Origin: an uncultured Eubacteriales bacterium
Lineage (GTDB): Bacteria; Bacillota; Clostridia; TANB77; CAG-508
Assembly (NCBI GenBank): GCA_905203305.1
Contig: CAJKVH010000001.1
Location: 79,069 to 143,068 of the forward strand
DNA length: 64,000 nucleotides
Direction: 5' to 3'
The number at the start of each line of letters is the position of its first letter. The first letter of the stretch is position 1. The notes beneath the pieces were generated by a model. That model searched no databases. It saw only the letters and a list, made by a program, of their open reading frames with translations, and was not told the origin of the DNA. Position numbers and translations under genes: made by a program. Positions 29,597 to 40,725 of this stretch are shown one piece after another.

Positions 29597-31248
29597 GGTA
29601 ATTCTCCTTCTATTGTAACTGTTACTACATCCCCGCTTTTTTGACTGCTAGAAGAAACTACATTTCCTAGTATTCCATCTACTTTTATTTTAGCTATAAA
29701 GTAACCTAATTGATCATAATCACCAGCTTGTGCTATAATCGCAATTTTCTTTCCTGTTGTATTTTGTATTGATGTAAGTTGAACACCTTCTGGTATTATA
29801 TACATTATTTGATTTAGTAAATTTGGTATTGAGTTTTTCATTTCCGCAATATTACTTATTTTATCATTTATAGCCTTTAATTCTTCTGTTAAAGAATTAT
29901 ATTTTGTATTTTTGGTATTTAATGAATTTATATCTGTATTTATTTTTGCTATTTCTGAATTTTCTGATGCTATTAATCCATCAACATCTTGTGACTTTTT
30001 CTCCATTTGGTTAAATAGTATTTTCGAAAATGCAATAAAAATTATATTTATCAATAAAATTGCAACTAATGCCCTTATCAACATTGTTTCTGTTTTGTCT
30101 AGCTTTCCTTTGAATGATAAATCCATTGAAGAAAAGCTTGGCATTATTTTTTTTAGTTTGCTTTCTTTTTTAGGTTTTGAAGAACTTTCCTTTTTCTTTC
30201 CTAGTGATACATCTGCACTTAAAAGTTGTTTTAATTGATCCATAAAGTTCGGTTTTCTAAAGTTTAAAGATTGTATTCCCTCTCCTAAAGCTTGCATTGC
30301 TAATGATATAGCACTATTTACCTCAATATAATCTTTTATATTTATTTGTGCAACATTAACTTCTATTATACTTGGTTTTAATATTTTACAATCTGCTTCT
30401 GGTAAAAATTCTTGAAAATATAAATCAACATTATTTATTACAGATAATGTACCTGTTAAATAAACTGTAGAAATTTTTACTGGTGAATTTTCAACTATTT
30501 CTTTAACTTTTTGACTTATTTGATATAAAGTTGGTATTATATCTTCTAAATGTTGTTGTTCTTTTGAATCATCTATAACATTTGCCGTATATATTGTTGT
30601 TCCTTTACAAATTTCATATGCTTTGCTCATAGAGTTTTCTGTTCTGTTTATTTTTTCAAGAACTTCTTGACTACCATGATCTATTGTTTCTACATTGTAA
30701 ATTTGTCTATCATATATTGATGTAATTGTTGTTTTTTCTTCCATGTTTACAATCAATACATTTTCTTTTTTTTCAAATCCTGTTATACTTGCTATTGCCG
30801 TTCCAATAGGTACAATTCCAGCAAGGTTATGCTTTTCTAAGTATTGTTTTTGTTTATTTAATTCTATTTTATTTACAATAACTTGTATTGCTTTTATTTT
30901 TTCTCTATCTTCTACATTAGAAACTAAAGCATATCTTGTTTCAAATGCTTTTTGATTATATTTGTTTTCATCACAAAATGTTTCAAATTCTGTTTCAACT
31001 GTTTTTTGTATATCACTTTTTGACAATAGTGCAAAAATGTTGTAGTATAAATAACTTTCGTTTGCAAGATTTATTGATATTGGTGTATTAAAGCTATATG
31101 TTTCTTCAACTATCTTTTTTATTGTTTCATTTATATTATCAAAAAATCTTATTCCAAATGATTCTACTTTGAAAGCATTTTTATCTTTAGAAACTTTTGC
31201 ATATTTTATTAAATTGTTTTCTATATATATTCCTAAACAATTTTGCAT
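29593..31248 (-). CDS. pilM: Type IV pilus assembly protein PilM (actin-like ATPase) fused to a C-terminal TM and coiled-coil PilN-like region
   Basis: The N-terminal half is actin-like. The C-terminal part has a TM helix (IRALVAILLINIIFIAF) followed by a coiled coil. Confidence 0.55.
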   Translation of the reverse strand: MQNCLGIYIENNLIKYAKVSKDKNAFKVESFGIRFFDNINETIKKIVEETYSFNTPISINLANESYLYYNIFALLSKSDIQKTVETEFETFCDENKYNQKAFETRYALVSNVEDREKIKAIQVIVNKIELNKQKQYLEKHNLAGIVPIGTAIASITGFEKKENVLIVNMEEKTTITSIYDRQIYNVETIDHGSQEVLEKINRTENSMSKAYEICKGTTIYTANVIDDSKEQQHLEDIIPTLYQISQKVKEIVENSPVKISTVYLTGTLSVINNVDLYFQEFLPEADCKILKPSIIEVNVAQINIKDYIEVNSAISLAMQALGEGIQSLNFRKPNFMDQLKQLLSADVSLGKKKESSSKPKKESKLKKIMPSFSSMDLSFKGKLDKTETMLIRALVAILLINIIFIAFSKILFNQMEKKSQDVDGLIASENSEIAKINTDINSLNTKNTKYNSLTEELKAINDKISNIAEMKNSIPNLLNQIMYIIPEGVQLTSIQNTTGKKIAIIAQAGDYDQLGYFIAKIKVDGILGNVVSSSSQKSGDVVTVTIEGELP

Positions 31249-31445
31249 TTTTGACGCTCCTTGCTTTTATTCTCTTGTTTTTTTTTGTTATTCTATCTTT
31301 TTTTATTTTATATGTTTTCCTTTTTAAAATCAATACCTTTTCTTAAAATGTAATATAAATGTAATATTGATGTAATATTATCATTTTTTGTAATAAGTAT
31401 GTATATTTTTTATCTAATTGGATATTATATTTTTAGAATTTATTT

Positions 31446-31941
31446 GTGTCTTTTCAATCTTTTTATGTTAAAGACAAGAAAGGAATGAGATTATTTATGA
31501 ATAATCCATTAGATACCCAAAAAGATTATCAAGAATATGTAAATCAGAAGTCACCAAACTCCCCTATTTTTAAAAACTGCATTAATGCATTCTTAATAGG
31601 TGGTCTTATTTGTTCAATTGGTCAAATTATTTTTTCATTTTGTAAGTATAAAGGCTTAGATGAAACATCAAGCGGTACAATAGTTTCTATCACATTAATA
31701 GCAATTAGTGCATTTTTAACAGCTCTAAATATTTTTAATAAAATAGGAAAAATTGCAGGCGCCCGGATCTCTAGTTCCAATAACAGGTTTTGCCAACTCT
31801 ATTGTTGCTCCTGCCATGGAATATAAATCCGAAGGCTATATAATGGGAGTTGGAGCAAAAATGTTTACAGTTGCAGGCCCTGTTCTTGTTTACGGCATAT
31901 CCACCGCCATTTTAGTAGGGCTCATTTATTGGATATTCTAA
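31446..31941 (+). pseudogene. spoVAC: Stage V sporulation protein AC, with one +1 frameshift
   Basis: LIGGLICSIGQ...KIGKIAGA is followed in the +1 frame by GSLVPITGFANSIVAPAMEY. The extra base lies in gcgcccgga at about 31762-31766. The likely start is ATG 31485, which has an RBS. Confidence 0.7.
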
Positions 31942-32005
31942 ATTCCCATTTGGGGACGGAGTTTTTCGGGGATTTCCCATTTGGGGACGGAGTTTTCAGG
32001 GGAAA
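31941..32005 (+). repeat. REP-like cluster C: 2 tandem units between spoVAC and spoVAD
   Basis: The cores lie at 31945 and 31976. The unit is read through by the spurious N-terminal extension of ORF 31929..32738. Confidence 0.85.
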
Positions 32006-32039
32006 GTATATTATTTCTATATATTTGAAAGGATTTTTT

Positions 32040-33043
32040 ATGAAAAAATTAGGAAAGCAAACTATTAAATTTGATACACCTCCAACTATTTTAGAAACTG
32101 CCTGTATTGCAGGACCTAAAGAATCTGATGGCCCTCTTTCTAAATATTTTGATCAATGCCTAAGTGATGAAATGTGGGGAGAAAAAAGTTGGGAAAAGGC
32201 TGAAAGTAAAATTGTTAAACAAACTGTTAATACATTAATTTCTAAATCTGGTATTCCTAACAATAAAATAGAATATTGTTTTGCAGGCGATTTACTTAAT
32301 CAATGTATCTCTTCAAGTTTTGGATTAAGAGAATTAAATGTTCCATTTTACGGTATATTTGGTGCATGTTCAACATTTGTTGAAGGTATGCAGCTTGCTT
32401 CTATTTTTATTGAAGGTGGAATTAATTATGCAATTTGCAGTGCATCAAGTCATTTTTGTAGTTCAGAAAGGCAATTTAGATTTCCGTTAGAACTTGGAAA
32501 TCAAAGACCTCCTACTGCTCAATGGACCGTTACCGCTTGTGGTAGTGCTATGCTTGCAAAGTCTGGAGAAGGTCCTTATATAACTCATATTACTACTGGA
32601 AAAATCGTGGACATGGGAATAAAAGATGCCAATAACATGGGAGCTGCTATGGCACCTGCTGCATTTGATACTCTAATGACTCATTTTTCTGATACTGGTA
32701 GAAAACCTACTTACTATGATGCAATTATAACACGGTGACTTAGGTCATATTGGCAAAGATATTTTAATTGATTTATGTTCAAATGCGCGGTTATAATATA
32801 CGCTCTGTATATAATGATTGTGGTGTTCTTATCTTTGATCAGTCAACTCAAGATACTCATTCTGGAGGTAGTGGATGTGGCTGTTGTGCAAGCGTTTTTT
32901 CTGGATATTTATTTCAACAATTAAAAGCAAAAAAGCTTAACAAAATTCTGCTTATTGCAACAGGTGCTCTTATGAATTCTATGAGCTCTCAGCAAGGTGA
33001 ATCTATCCCAGGAATCGCTCAAGCTATATCTATTGAAAATTAG
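32040..33043 (+). pseudogene. spoVAD: Stage V sporulation protein AD, with two +1 frameshifts
   Basis: MKKLGKQTIKF... continues to AIIT, then GDLGHIGKDILIDLCSNA, then GYNIRSVYNDCGVLIFD. The extra C's are at 32733-35 (aca c ggt) and 32788-90 (gcg c ggt). Confidence 0.7.
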
Positions 33044-33058
33044 AAAGGATTTGATTTT

Positions 33059-33445
33059 ATGGATTTTTGGCAAAATTTTGATTGGATGCTTTTACTTAGA
33101 TGTTTTATTGTTGGTGGTCTTATTTGTGTTATTGGACAAATTTTAATAGATAAAACTAAACTTACATCAGCAAGAATTTTAGTTTTATTTGTTACAGTGG
33201 GTACAATTCTTGGCGGTTTAGGAATTTATCCCTATCTAGTTAAATTTGCCGGTTGTGGTGCAACTGTTCCTCTAACTGGTTTTGGAAACAATCTTGCTAA
33301 AGGCACTATTGAAGCAGTTAAAGATATGGGCTTTTTAGGTATTTTTATAGGCGGATTAAAAGCTAGTGCTGGTGGAATTGCTGCTGCTGTCTTTTTTGGC
33401 TACATTGCCTCATTAATTTCAAAGCCTAAAATGAAAAAACAATGA
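33059..33445 (+). CDS. spoVAEb: Stage V sporulation protein AE (SpoVAEb)
   Basis: The 128-aa product is a SpoVAC/SpoVAEb-type membrane protein (FIVGGLICVIGQ, TGFGNNLAKG). Confidence 0.7.
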   Translation: MDFWQNFDWMLLLRCFIVGGLICVIGQILIDKTKLTSARILVLFVTVGTILGGLGIYPYLVKFAGCGATVPLTGFGNNLAKGTIEAVKDMGFLGIFIGGLKASAGGIAAAVFFGYIASLISKPKMKKQ

Positions 33446-33450
33446 TTCAC

Positions 33451-33517
33451 ATTTCCCATTTGGGGACGGAGATTTTTTGGGAAATCCCCTAAAATCTCCG
33501 TCCCCAAATGGGAAAAA
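33451..33517. repeat. REP-like cluster D: a perfect inverted pair of units forming a 24-bp-stem hairpin; likely bidirectional terminator between spoVAEb and ftsZ
   Basis: The sequence is TCCCATTTGGGGACGGAGATTTT ttgggaaatcccc TAAAATCTCCGTCCCCAAATGGGA, placed between two convergent genes. Confidence 0.8.
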
Positions 33518-33568
33518 GAAAGAAAAGCTAGAACTTTAATTTCTTAGCTTTTCTTTTTTGATTATGTA

Positions 33569-34699
33569 TTATAAAGTTTTATTTTTATTTTTTCTTAAAA
33601 ATGATGGTATATCTAAATCATTTTGTGAAGAACTTAAATCTTGACTAGATGGAATAGAACTTACTTTCTTTTCCCATGGTTTATTTCCATTTGTTCCTAA
33701 TGAGTCAAGAATTGGAGATTTCATATCATCTGGTTGGTCAAAACCTGTAGCAATAACTGTTATCTTGATTTCGTCTTGCATTTCTGGATCTATAACTGTA
33801 CCAAAGATAATGTTTGCTTCAGGGTCTACACTGCGTTGAATTAATTCAGCAGCTGTATTTACTTCTTGTAAACCTAAATCTTCACCACCTGTTATATTAA
33901 TTATTACTCCTCTTGCACCTTCTATTGATGTTTCTAGTAATGGACTTTGAATCGCTTCTTTTGCAGCATCTTCTGCTTTGTTTTCACCTGATGCACGTCC
34001 TGTTCCCATGTGTGCCATTCCTGTATTTAACATGATTGTTTTTACATCTGCAAAATCTAGGTTAACTGTTCCTGTAACTGTAATTAAGTCTGAAATACCT
34101 TGTACACCTTGTCTTAAAACATCATCTGCCATTAAGAACGCTTCTGCCATTGATGTTTTTCTATCTATAATTTGTAGTAATTTGTCATTTGGTATTACTA
34201 TTAATGTGTCTACTTTTGATTTTAAACTTTCAATTCCACGTTCTGCTTGTGCTAAACGTTTCTTTCCTTCAAATGTGAATGGTTTTGTAACAACTCCTAT
34301 TGTTAATATTCCCATTTCTTTAGCTAAACCTGCAACTATTGGTGCGGCACCAGTTCCTGTTCCTCCACCCATTCCGCAAGTTACAAATACCATGTCTGCT
34401 CCTCTTAATACTTCTGAAAGCTCTGTTTTACTTTCTTCTGCTGATTGAGCTCCTACGTCAGGATTTGCCCCTGCTCCTAGTCCTCTTGTTATTTTTTCTC
34501 CTATTTGGATTTTTGTACTTGCTTTTGATTTTTGTAGAGCTTGTCTATCTGTGTTTACTGCTATAAAATCAACAGATTTTATTCCTTGGTCAAGCATTCT
34601 GTTTACAGCGTTGTTTCCTGCTCCTCCTACACCTATTACTTTTATTGTTGCTGTTCCGTCCATCATTGTTAAGTTGCTGTTATCGTCAATATCCATCAT
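33569..34699 (-). CDS. ftsZ: Cell division protein FtsZ
   Basis: The protein carries GGGTGTG and the tubulin signature, with a C-terminal DIPSFLR peptide. Confidence 0.9.
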   Translation of the reverse strand: MMDIDDNSNLTMMDGTATIKVIGVGGAGNNAVNRMLDQGIKSVDFIAVNTDRQALQKSKASTKIQIGEKITRGLGAGANPDVGAQSAEESKTELSEVLRGADMVFVTCGMGGGTGTGAAPIVAGLAKEMGILTIGVVTKPFTFEGKKRLAQAERGIESLKSKVDTLIVIPNDKLLQIIDRKTSMAEAFLMADDVLRQGVQGISDLITVTGTVNLDFADVKTIMLNTGMAHMGTGRASGENKAEDAAKEAIQSPLLETSIEGARGVIINITGGEDLGLQEVNTAAELIQRSVDPEANIIFGTVIDPEMQDEIKITVIATGFDQPDDMKSPILDSLGTNGNKPWEKKVSSIPSSQDLSSSQNDLDIPSFLRKNKNKTL

Positions 34700-34757
34700 A
34701 ATTTATTTTCCTCCTTAAATATGTATATATAGCATTTGTAACTTTTTGTTACGTATT

Positions 34758-35987
34758 TTAGCTATAAAAAAACTCTTTTATTCTTGAAATTACTGTTTTC
34801 CAAAAACTCTCTTTTGAATTTGTATCAATTTTACTTGATACTGATTTTGCAAAAGGTCTTGATGCTATATATCTTATTAGAGCATAACTTGTTCTGTATT
34901 CTGGTTTTACTGTACTTACTGCTCTTCCTGTTGATATTTTTACGGGAATATTTAGTGCTATTTTTCCTGCTACATCACTTTTGTTTATGTTTATTATGCC
35001 TTGACCTGTTAGTACTACATTGTTTATTCTTGATTTTAATCCTTGGTTTGTTATGTCTTTATTTATAATTGAAAATATTTCTTCAATTCTGGCTTCCATT
35101 ATTTCAATTAATTCTGAACTTTTTATGACTTTGCTTCTTGATTCGTCTGTACATGTATTTAACATTATTTCGTTGTCATTATCTATAAATGATTTTAATG
35201 CTAATCCATATTGTCTTTTTAATTTTTCAGCTTCTTGTTCTGATATACTTAGTACCAAAGCTATATCATGTGTTATGTTATTTCCACCTAGTGGAATTGT
35301 ATTTGTGTATTTAAATTCTTCTCCTTCAAACACTCCTATATCTGTGTTTTCAGCTCCTACATCTAATAACATAACATTGTCATATAATTCATTTTTGTCT
35401 AAAACCAAGTTTCTTTCTGCAAGTGCTACTGGAATAATTCCATCTATTTCTACTCCAGCTTTTTTAAATATACTTGTTAATTTTCTTATATAATCTTTTT
35501 CTGCAAGTATTACTTGTGCATTTACTGTAAATGATGAAGCAAAACTTCCTACTGGATCTGGTATTACTCTTCCATTATCTAATACTACCTGATTTATTGC
35601 TACATCTATTAATACTTTATTATCTGGTATTTCAATGTCTTTTACTTGCATTACAGCATTTTGTAAATCTCTTTGGGAAATCCCTGCAAATTTGTCCTTT
35701 ACTTCTTTTAGTACACTGTTTTGGACTATTGTTACATATTTTCCTGGAATAGTTACATAAGCTGAGTTTATTTTTAATTCTGTTTCTTCTTCTGCTTGTT
35801 CGATAGTTTTGGCAATACTTAAACTTATATCGTCTTCGTCAACTATCTTGCCTTTTTTTAATCCATTACATTTATGTGAGGTGCAACATATTATTTCTAT
35901 TTGTCCAAAGTTGTTTACTTCGCCAGCTCCTAAGCAAACTCTGGTTGTTCCAATGTCTATGCCCACTATGATATCTCCTATTGCCAA
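34758..35987 (-). CDS. ftsA: Cell division protein FtsA
   Basis: The 409-aa product is actin-like (DIGTTRV), in the ftsA-ftsZ arrangement. Confidence 0.85.
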   Translation of the reverse strand: MAIGDIIVGIDIGTTRVCLGAGEVNNFGQIEIICCTSHKCNGLKKGKIVDEDDISLSIAKTIEQAEEETELKINSAYVTIPGKYVTIVQNSVLKEVKDKFAGISQRDLQNAVMQVKDIEIPDNKVLIDVAINQVVLDNGRVIPDPVGSFASSFTVNAQVILAEKDYIRKLTSIFKKAGVEIDGIIPVALAERNLVLDKNELYDNVMLLDVGAENTDIGVFEGEEFKYTNTIPLGGNNITHDIALVLSISEQEAEKLKRQYGLALKSFIDNDNEIMLNTCTDESRSKVIKSSELIEIMEARIEEIFSIINKDITNQGLKSRINNVVLTGQGIININKSDVAGKIALNIPVKISTGRAVSTVKPEYRTSYALIRYIASRPFAKSVSSKIDTNSKESFWKTVISRIKEFFYS

Positions 35988-36151
35988 GATAATTCCTCCA
36001 TATTTTCAATTTAATTTTTTTCTAGGTTTATATATATTACATTTTCAGACAAATGTCAATAGAATTTGTTATATTTTTGTAATAAATTTGTAACAAATTC
36101 GTAACATATTTTTCCATAAAATGGAAAATATTTTTTCATTTTTATGGAGCC

Positions 36152-36547
36152 CTATTTTACTTCTTCTTGATTTTTATTAGCTTTTTTTGCTTTAAATTCT
36201 GCATATTTTTCTGACCATTTATCTATATAATATTTTCTGATAATTGTCAAATTTATAAACATTCTTCCAACAAAAACTACTATTGCTGCTAAATAAATAT
36301 CAACATTTAGTTTATTTCCTAAATATGTTAATAACATTGAAAGAATACTGTTACAGAAAAATCCTGATATAAATACTTTAAAATTAAATTCACCTTTTAA
36401 AGTTCCTGTTATTCCACCAAATACAGAATCAAGTGCTGCAATTATTGCAATTGCAAGATAACTTGAATATGAATAAGATATTATTGGTGCATTTATACCA
36501 ACAATTGCTCCTAATACGCATCCTATTAAAATAGCTATAAATAACAT
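36152..36547 (-). CDS. sbp: Small basic protein Sbp (DUF1290)
   Basis: The 131-aa membrane protein with a basic C-terminus sits between ylxX-like and ftsA, as in Bacillus. Confidence 0.5.
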   Translation of the reverse strand: MLFIAILIGCVLGAIVGINAPIISYSYSSYLAIAIIAALDSVFGGITGTLKGEFNFKVFISGFFCNSILSMLLTYLGNKLNVDIYLAAIVVFVGRMFINLTIIRKYYIDKWSEKYAEFKAKKANKNQEEVK

Positions 36548-36559
36548 TTTTCTACCTCC

Positions 36560-37306
36560 CTACTCACTATCTTTTTCATTTTCTTTTTCTTGCATATATT
36601 TTGTTTCAAAATCACCTGTGTATTTTGAAATTGTAACTTTTTTATTTCTGTCTATTTCTGCTTTTATTCCACTTGTATTTAATTGTTCTACATACCCGCC
36701 TTTTCCAAATAGGCTACTTTCTAGGTATGAACTATTTCCTATTGCTTTTATTTCATATGTATCTGTTCTTAAATATCTACTATTAATTTTTATTGACCCA
36801 CCAACATCTGCCATATCTGTTGTATTTACAATTCTTTCTCCATTTATAGATATTGCTTCTGCTCCTGCATCTTTTAGAGCATTTACAATATACACCAAAT
36901 CTATAGATGTTATTTCCGCAATTTCTTCATCTTCAGCAAGTTCGCTTTTCTCTTTTTTTCTTAGTGTAATTATTACACCTTCTCCTTCAACATCTGTTTT
37001 TCCAAGTTGCATATTTAAATTTTCAAGTTCTGTTTCTAAAGTTTCTTTTGTTTTTTCATCAGATGTCGTTTCCTCTCTATATGTTTGTAAAGTGTTTGCG
37101 GTTTCTTCAGATTTTGCCTTTGTTTCTTCATACTTTGTTTTCCAATTTGCAAGTTCTTGTCTTAATTCTGCTTCTTGCATCGAATCAATATTCGAATCTT
37201 GCGATTCTTGTACAACTTTAAATTGCATAAAAATTATCATCACAAGCAGAAAACAAACTATACCTATTGTTATAGTCATACTAATTTTTCCTTTTTTCAC
37301 TTTCAA
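36560..37306 (-). CDS. DUF881 (YlxX-like) division/sporulation-associated protein
   Basis: The product has an N-terminal TM helix, a coiled coil and a C-terminal GAEAISINGERIV motif. Confidence 0.55.
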   Translation of the reverse strand: MKVKKGKISMTITIGIVCFLLVMIIFMQFKVVQESQDSNIDSMQEAELRQELANWKTKYEETKAKSEETANTLQTYREETTSDEKTKETLETELENLNMQLGKTDVEGEGVIITLRKKEKSELAEDEEIAEITSIDLVYIVNALKDAGAEAISINGERIVNTTDMADVGGSIKINSRYLRTDTYEIKAIGNSSYLESSLFGKGGYVEQLNTSGIKAEIDRNKKVTISKYTGDFETKYMQEKENEKDSE

Positions 37307-37314
37307 AATCTCCT

Positions 37315-38028
37315 TTATTTAACATTTTTTGCATATTTGAAATTTGTTACACCAGTATATTTTGGTATTTCTAGATTTGTATTCTTTTTAAATTCAACTA
37401 TCTTTCCAGAATTGTTTTTAAAATATTCTAAAGTTGATCCTGGTCTATTTAGTGTTGATAATAATTCTATATATCCAATTGCAGAAATTTGTATTGGAGA
37501 ATTTATCTTTTTACCATTAACAACAATTACATTTCCATCACAAGATATTGCAGATGTCCCTACAATTCTTTCTCCATTTATTGCAATCGCTTCTGCTCCT
37601 GCATTTTTCATTTCATTTACAACCTGTAAAATATTTTCTGCATGAACTAAATAATTTGATTGATCAAGTGCACTAGGGTCTCCTTTTCCATCTGTTAATG
37701 TAACAGTAACTCCGCTTCCTGTTACAGATGTATTTCCTAAAACTAGGTTTGCTTTTTTTATTTGACTTTCCAAATCTTCAAGTTCAGAGTTATGGCTTGA
37801 TTTTCCCTCTCTTTCCTTTTCTAGCTCTTTTTCAGTTCTTTGAAGTGTTGCATATTCATTTTCATATTTTTCCTTCATTTTTAGAACTTGTGATTTTAAA
37901 TCATTTTGTTTTTGCGAACCAGACACAGTAGATCCATTATTGTTTACAGTATTTATTTGTATACATATTCCTATTGTTAAAATAAAACATACAATAGCAA
38001 GTATGATTGCTTCGACTTTTTTATTCAT
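37315..38028 (-). CDS. DUF881 (YlxW-like) protein
   Basis: This is a paralogue of the preceding gene with the same GAEAIAINGERIV motif. Confidence 0.55.
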   Translation of the reverse strand: MNKKVEAIILAIVCFILTIGICIQINTVNNNGSTVSGSQKQNDLKSQVLKMKEKYENEYATLQRTEKELEKEREGKSSHNSELEDLESQIKKANLVLGNTSVTGSGVTVTLTDGKGDPSALDQSNYLVHAENILQVVNEMKNAGAEAIAINGERIVGTSAISCDGNVIVVNGKKINSPIQISAIGYIELLSTLNRPGSTLEYFKNNSGKIVEFKKNTNLEIPKYTGVTNFKYAKNVK

Positions 38029-38058
38029 CCTACAATCTCCTTTCCTTTTAGTTTAAAA

Positions 38059-39171
38059 TTATTCTTCTCTAAAATATGGTTTAAATCCTGCACTTAAATC
38101 TCCATTTACAAATAAAGATCCTTTTTTTCCCTCTTCGTTTTCTAGCATTTTTTGTATATATAACATTTTATTTGTTAAATTTGAAGTATCTCCTATATTT
38201 ATCTTTTTGTTTTTACTTTCTAAATATAATACATAATTTGATTTATCTTCTGTATTTATTTCTGTTATTAAATTATCTATATTTATTGCTTTTGAAGCAT
38301 CTACTATTTTTATTATGTTATTGATTTTTTCTAAATCTTCTGTTTTTAATCTTTTTTCATTCATAAGTTCATCTTCTTTTGCAGATAAACCAACAATTAA
38401 AGGTATGCCTTCTTTTCTTTCTGATGAATTTTCTAATATATATCCATTTTTGTCAATATAAACATAACTATTTATTAAATTTGTTTGATATTTTATTTTT
38501 CTTTCTTCTACTGTTATTGCCACTTTTCCTGGTAATTTTCTTGATATTTTTACACTATCTATATATGAATTTTCTTTTATTCTTTCTTGAACTGAATTAT
38601 TAAATTTAAATATATTTTCTCCTTTTTTTAGTCTAGACAAACTTATAATTGTATTAGATGTAATTTGATTATTTCCATACACCTCAATATCTGTTATATT
38701 AAATATTGGTGCAGTTAATGCAAGTGCTATAATTACCCCTATTATAATTAATATACTAAAAAATCCAACTAATTTTTTGTTTATTTTTTTCTTCTTTTTT
38801 GTTTTTTTTCTTTTTAGTGCTTTATTTTTCGTGTTTTGTTCTTGTACATTTTTTGCAAACTTTTTCTTGTTTTTTTGAGCACGTTTTTTGTTTTTCTTTT
38901 TTCTTTTCTTTTCTTCTTTTGAATCCTCATCCATTGGAATTCCTAATACCATTTCACTATTGAAATTAAATATTTCATCATCATCAATATTTTCTTTTAT
39001 GCCATCTTTGCTTTCTAAATGTTTTCCTATATTTTTTCTTTTTTCAGCTTTTACATGGCTTTCTTTTCCGTTTATTCTTTTTGTTACAAATACTTTTTTT
39101 TCGCCTTTTGTTTCATTATCTATTTCTTCATCTGAAAAATATAAGGTTTTTCCATCTTTACTTATATTCAT
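38059..39171 (-). CDS. divIB: Cell division protein FtsQ/DivIB with a long K-rich cytoplasmic N-terminus
   Basis: The product has a TM helix, then a POTRA-like domain (DIEVYGNNQIT) and an FtsQ beta domain. The start MNISKDG has the RBS GAAGGTG. The longer ORF from 39246 adds an implausible N-terminus. Confidence 0.6.
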   Translation of the reverse strand: MNISKDGKTLYFSDEEIDNETKGEKKVFVTKRINGKESHVKAEKRKNIGKHLESKDGIKENIDDDEIFNFNSEMVLGIPMDEDSKEEKKRKKKNKKRAQKNKKKFAKNVQEQNTKNKALKRKKTKKKKKINKKLVGFFSILIIIGVIIALALTAPIFNITDIEVYGNNQITSNTIISLSRLKKGENIFKFNNSVQERIKENSYIDSVKISRKLPGKVAITVEERKIKYQTNLINSYVYIDKNGYILENSSERKEGIPLIVGLSAKEDELMNEKRLKTEDLEKINNIIKIVDASKAINIDNLITEINTEDKSNYVLYLESKNKKINIGDTSNLTNKMLYIQKMLENEEGKKGSLFVNGDLSAGFKPYFREE

Positions 39172-39270
39172 TTTTTCACCTTCTTTTGCGTATTTTATTT
39201 TACAATAAATGTAAAAAAATAGCAAGATTTTTCTTGCTATTTTCACATATTTTTCACTTATTTTTTTATT

Positions 39271-40710
39271 TTAATACTGTCTTCCCCATATTACAAATTT
39301 ATCTGCTTTTTTTCCACAGCATACACATGTATCTCCAACTACTTCTTTTTTAAATGGCATACATCTAGATTTAGCTCCTGTAAGTTCTTTTATTTTAGCT
39401 TCACATTCTTCACTTCCACACCACATAGCTTTTATAAATCCTTGTTCTTTTTCCATATTAGCCTTAAATTCTTCTAAGTTATGTGCTACAGTTGTTTTTG
39501 ATTCCATTCTTTCTTTGCATACATCGTACATGTTTTGTTGAATTTCTTCCATAAGATCAGCTATTTTCTTTTCTAATTCTTCTAATCTTACTGTTATTTT
39601 TTCGTTTGTATCACGTCTAACTACTACACATTCTCCATTTTCAATATCTCTTGGTCCCATTTCTATTCTAAGTGGTACACCTTTCATTTCCCAATCATTA
39701 AATTTATATCCTGGACTTACTTGATCTCTTAAATCCAGTTCCACTCTAAATTTATCTTTTAAAGAATTGTAAAGTTCTGTTGTTTTTTCTATAACTCCAT
39801 CTTTATGCATAGCAACTGGTACAATTACAGCTTGTATTGGTGCAACTCTTGGTGGTAATTTTAATCCTCTATTATCTCCATGTGCCATTATAATTGCTCC
39901 AATTAACCTTGTTGTTATTCCCCAAGATGTTTGATATGCATATTCTTGTTTTCCTTCTCTATTTTGGAATGTTACATTAAATGGTTTAGTGAAATTTTGA
40001 CCAAAGTAATGTGATGTTCCAGATTGAAGTGCTTTTCCATCATACATCATTGTTTCTATTGTGTATGTTTCTTCTGCTCCAGCAAATTTTTCTGATTCGG
40101 TTTTTATTCCTTTTATAACTGGTATTGCAAGTAAATTTTCTACAACATCTGCATATACATCTAACATTTGTAGTGTTCTTTCTTTTGCTTCTTTTGCTGT
40201 TTCATGAATAGTATGACCTTCTTGCCATAAAAATTCTCTTGAACGTAAAAATGGTCTTGTTTCTTTTTCCCATCTTAATACACTACACCATTGATTATAT
40301 ACATATGGTAAATCTCTCCATGATTTCAACCACTTTGAGTACATATTTGTTATTATTGTTTCTGATGTTGGTCTTATACATAGTCTTTCTTCTAATTCTT
40401 CTCCTCCAGCTTCTGTAACCCAAGCAACTTCTGGTGCAAATCCTTCTACATGTTCTTCTTCCTTTTTTAATAAGCTTTCAGGAATTAATACTGGAAAATA
40501 TGTATTTTTTACACCTGTTTCTTTAAATTTCTTATCTGCATAATTTTGTATATTTTCCCATATTTCATACCCATATGGTCTTATTGCAATGCATCCTTTT
40601 GTATCTGTATAATCTGCAAGTTCAGCTTTTAATACAATATCTGTATACCATCTTGCAAAATCCTCATCTATATTTGTTATTTCTTTTACAAAATTTTTAT
40701 TATCTCCCAT
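39271..40710 (-). CDS. proS: Proline--tRNA ligase (class II, archaeal/eukaryotic-type)
   Basis: The protein is 479 aa with class II motifs and a C-terminal zinc-binding CxxC. Confidence 0.85.
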   Translation of the reverse strand: MGDNKNFVKEITNIDEDFARWYTDIVLKAELADYTDTKGCIAIRPYGYEIWENIQNYADKKFKETGVKNTYFPVLIPESLLKKEEEHVEGFAPEVAWVTEAGGEELEERLCIRPTSETIITNMYSKWLKSWRDLPYVYNQWCSVLRWEKETRPFLRSREFLWQEGHTIHETAKEAKERTLQMLDVYADVVENLLAIPVIKGIKTESEKFAGAEETYTIETMMYDGKALQSGTSHYFGQNFTKPFNVTFQNREGKQEYAYQTSWGITTRLIGAIIMAHGDNRGLKLPPRVAPIQAVIVPVAMHKDGVIEKTTELYNSLKDKFRVELDLRDQVSPGYKFNDWEMKGVPLRIEMGPRDIENGECVVVRRDTNEKITVRLEELEKKIADLMEEIQQNMYDVCKERMESKTTVAHNLEEFKANMEKEQGFIKAMWCGSEECEAKIKELTGAKSRCMPFKKEVVGDTCVCCGKKADKFVIWGRQY

Positions 40711-40725
40711 AAATCTACTTCCTCT

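Noticed and set aside
39172-39246. N-terminal extension MKIARKILLFFYIYCKIKYAKEGEK on ftsQ/divIB
   Set aside because: It has a hydrophobic junk-like composition and no RBS. The downstream ATG at 39171 has the RBS GAAGGTG and starts the conserved sequence.
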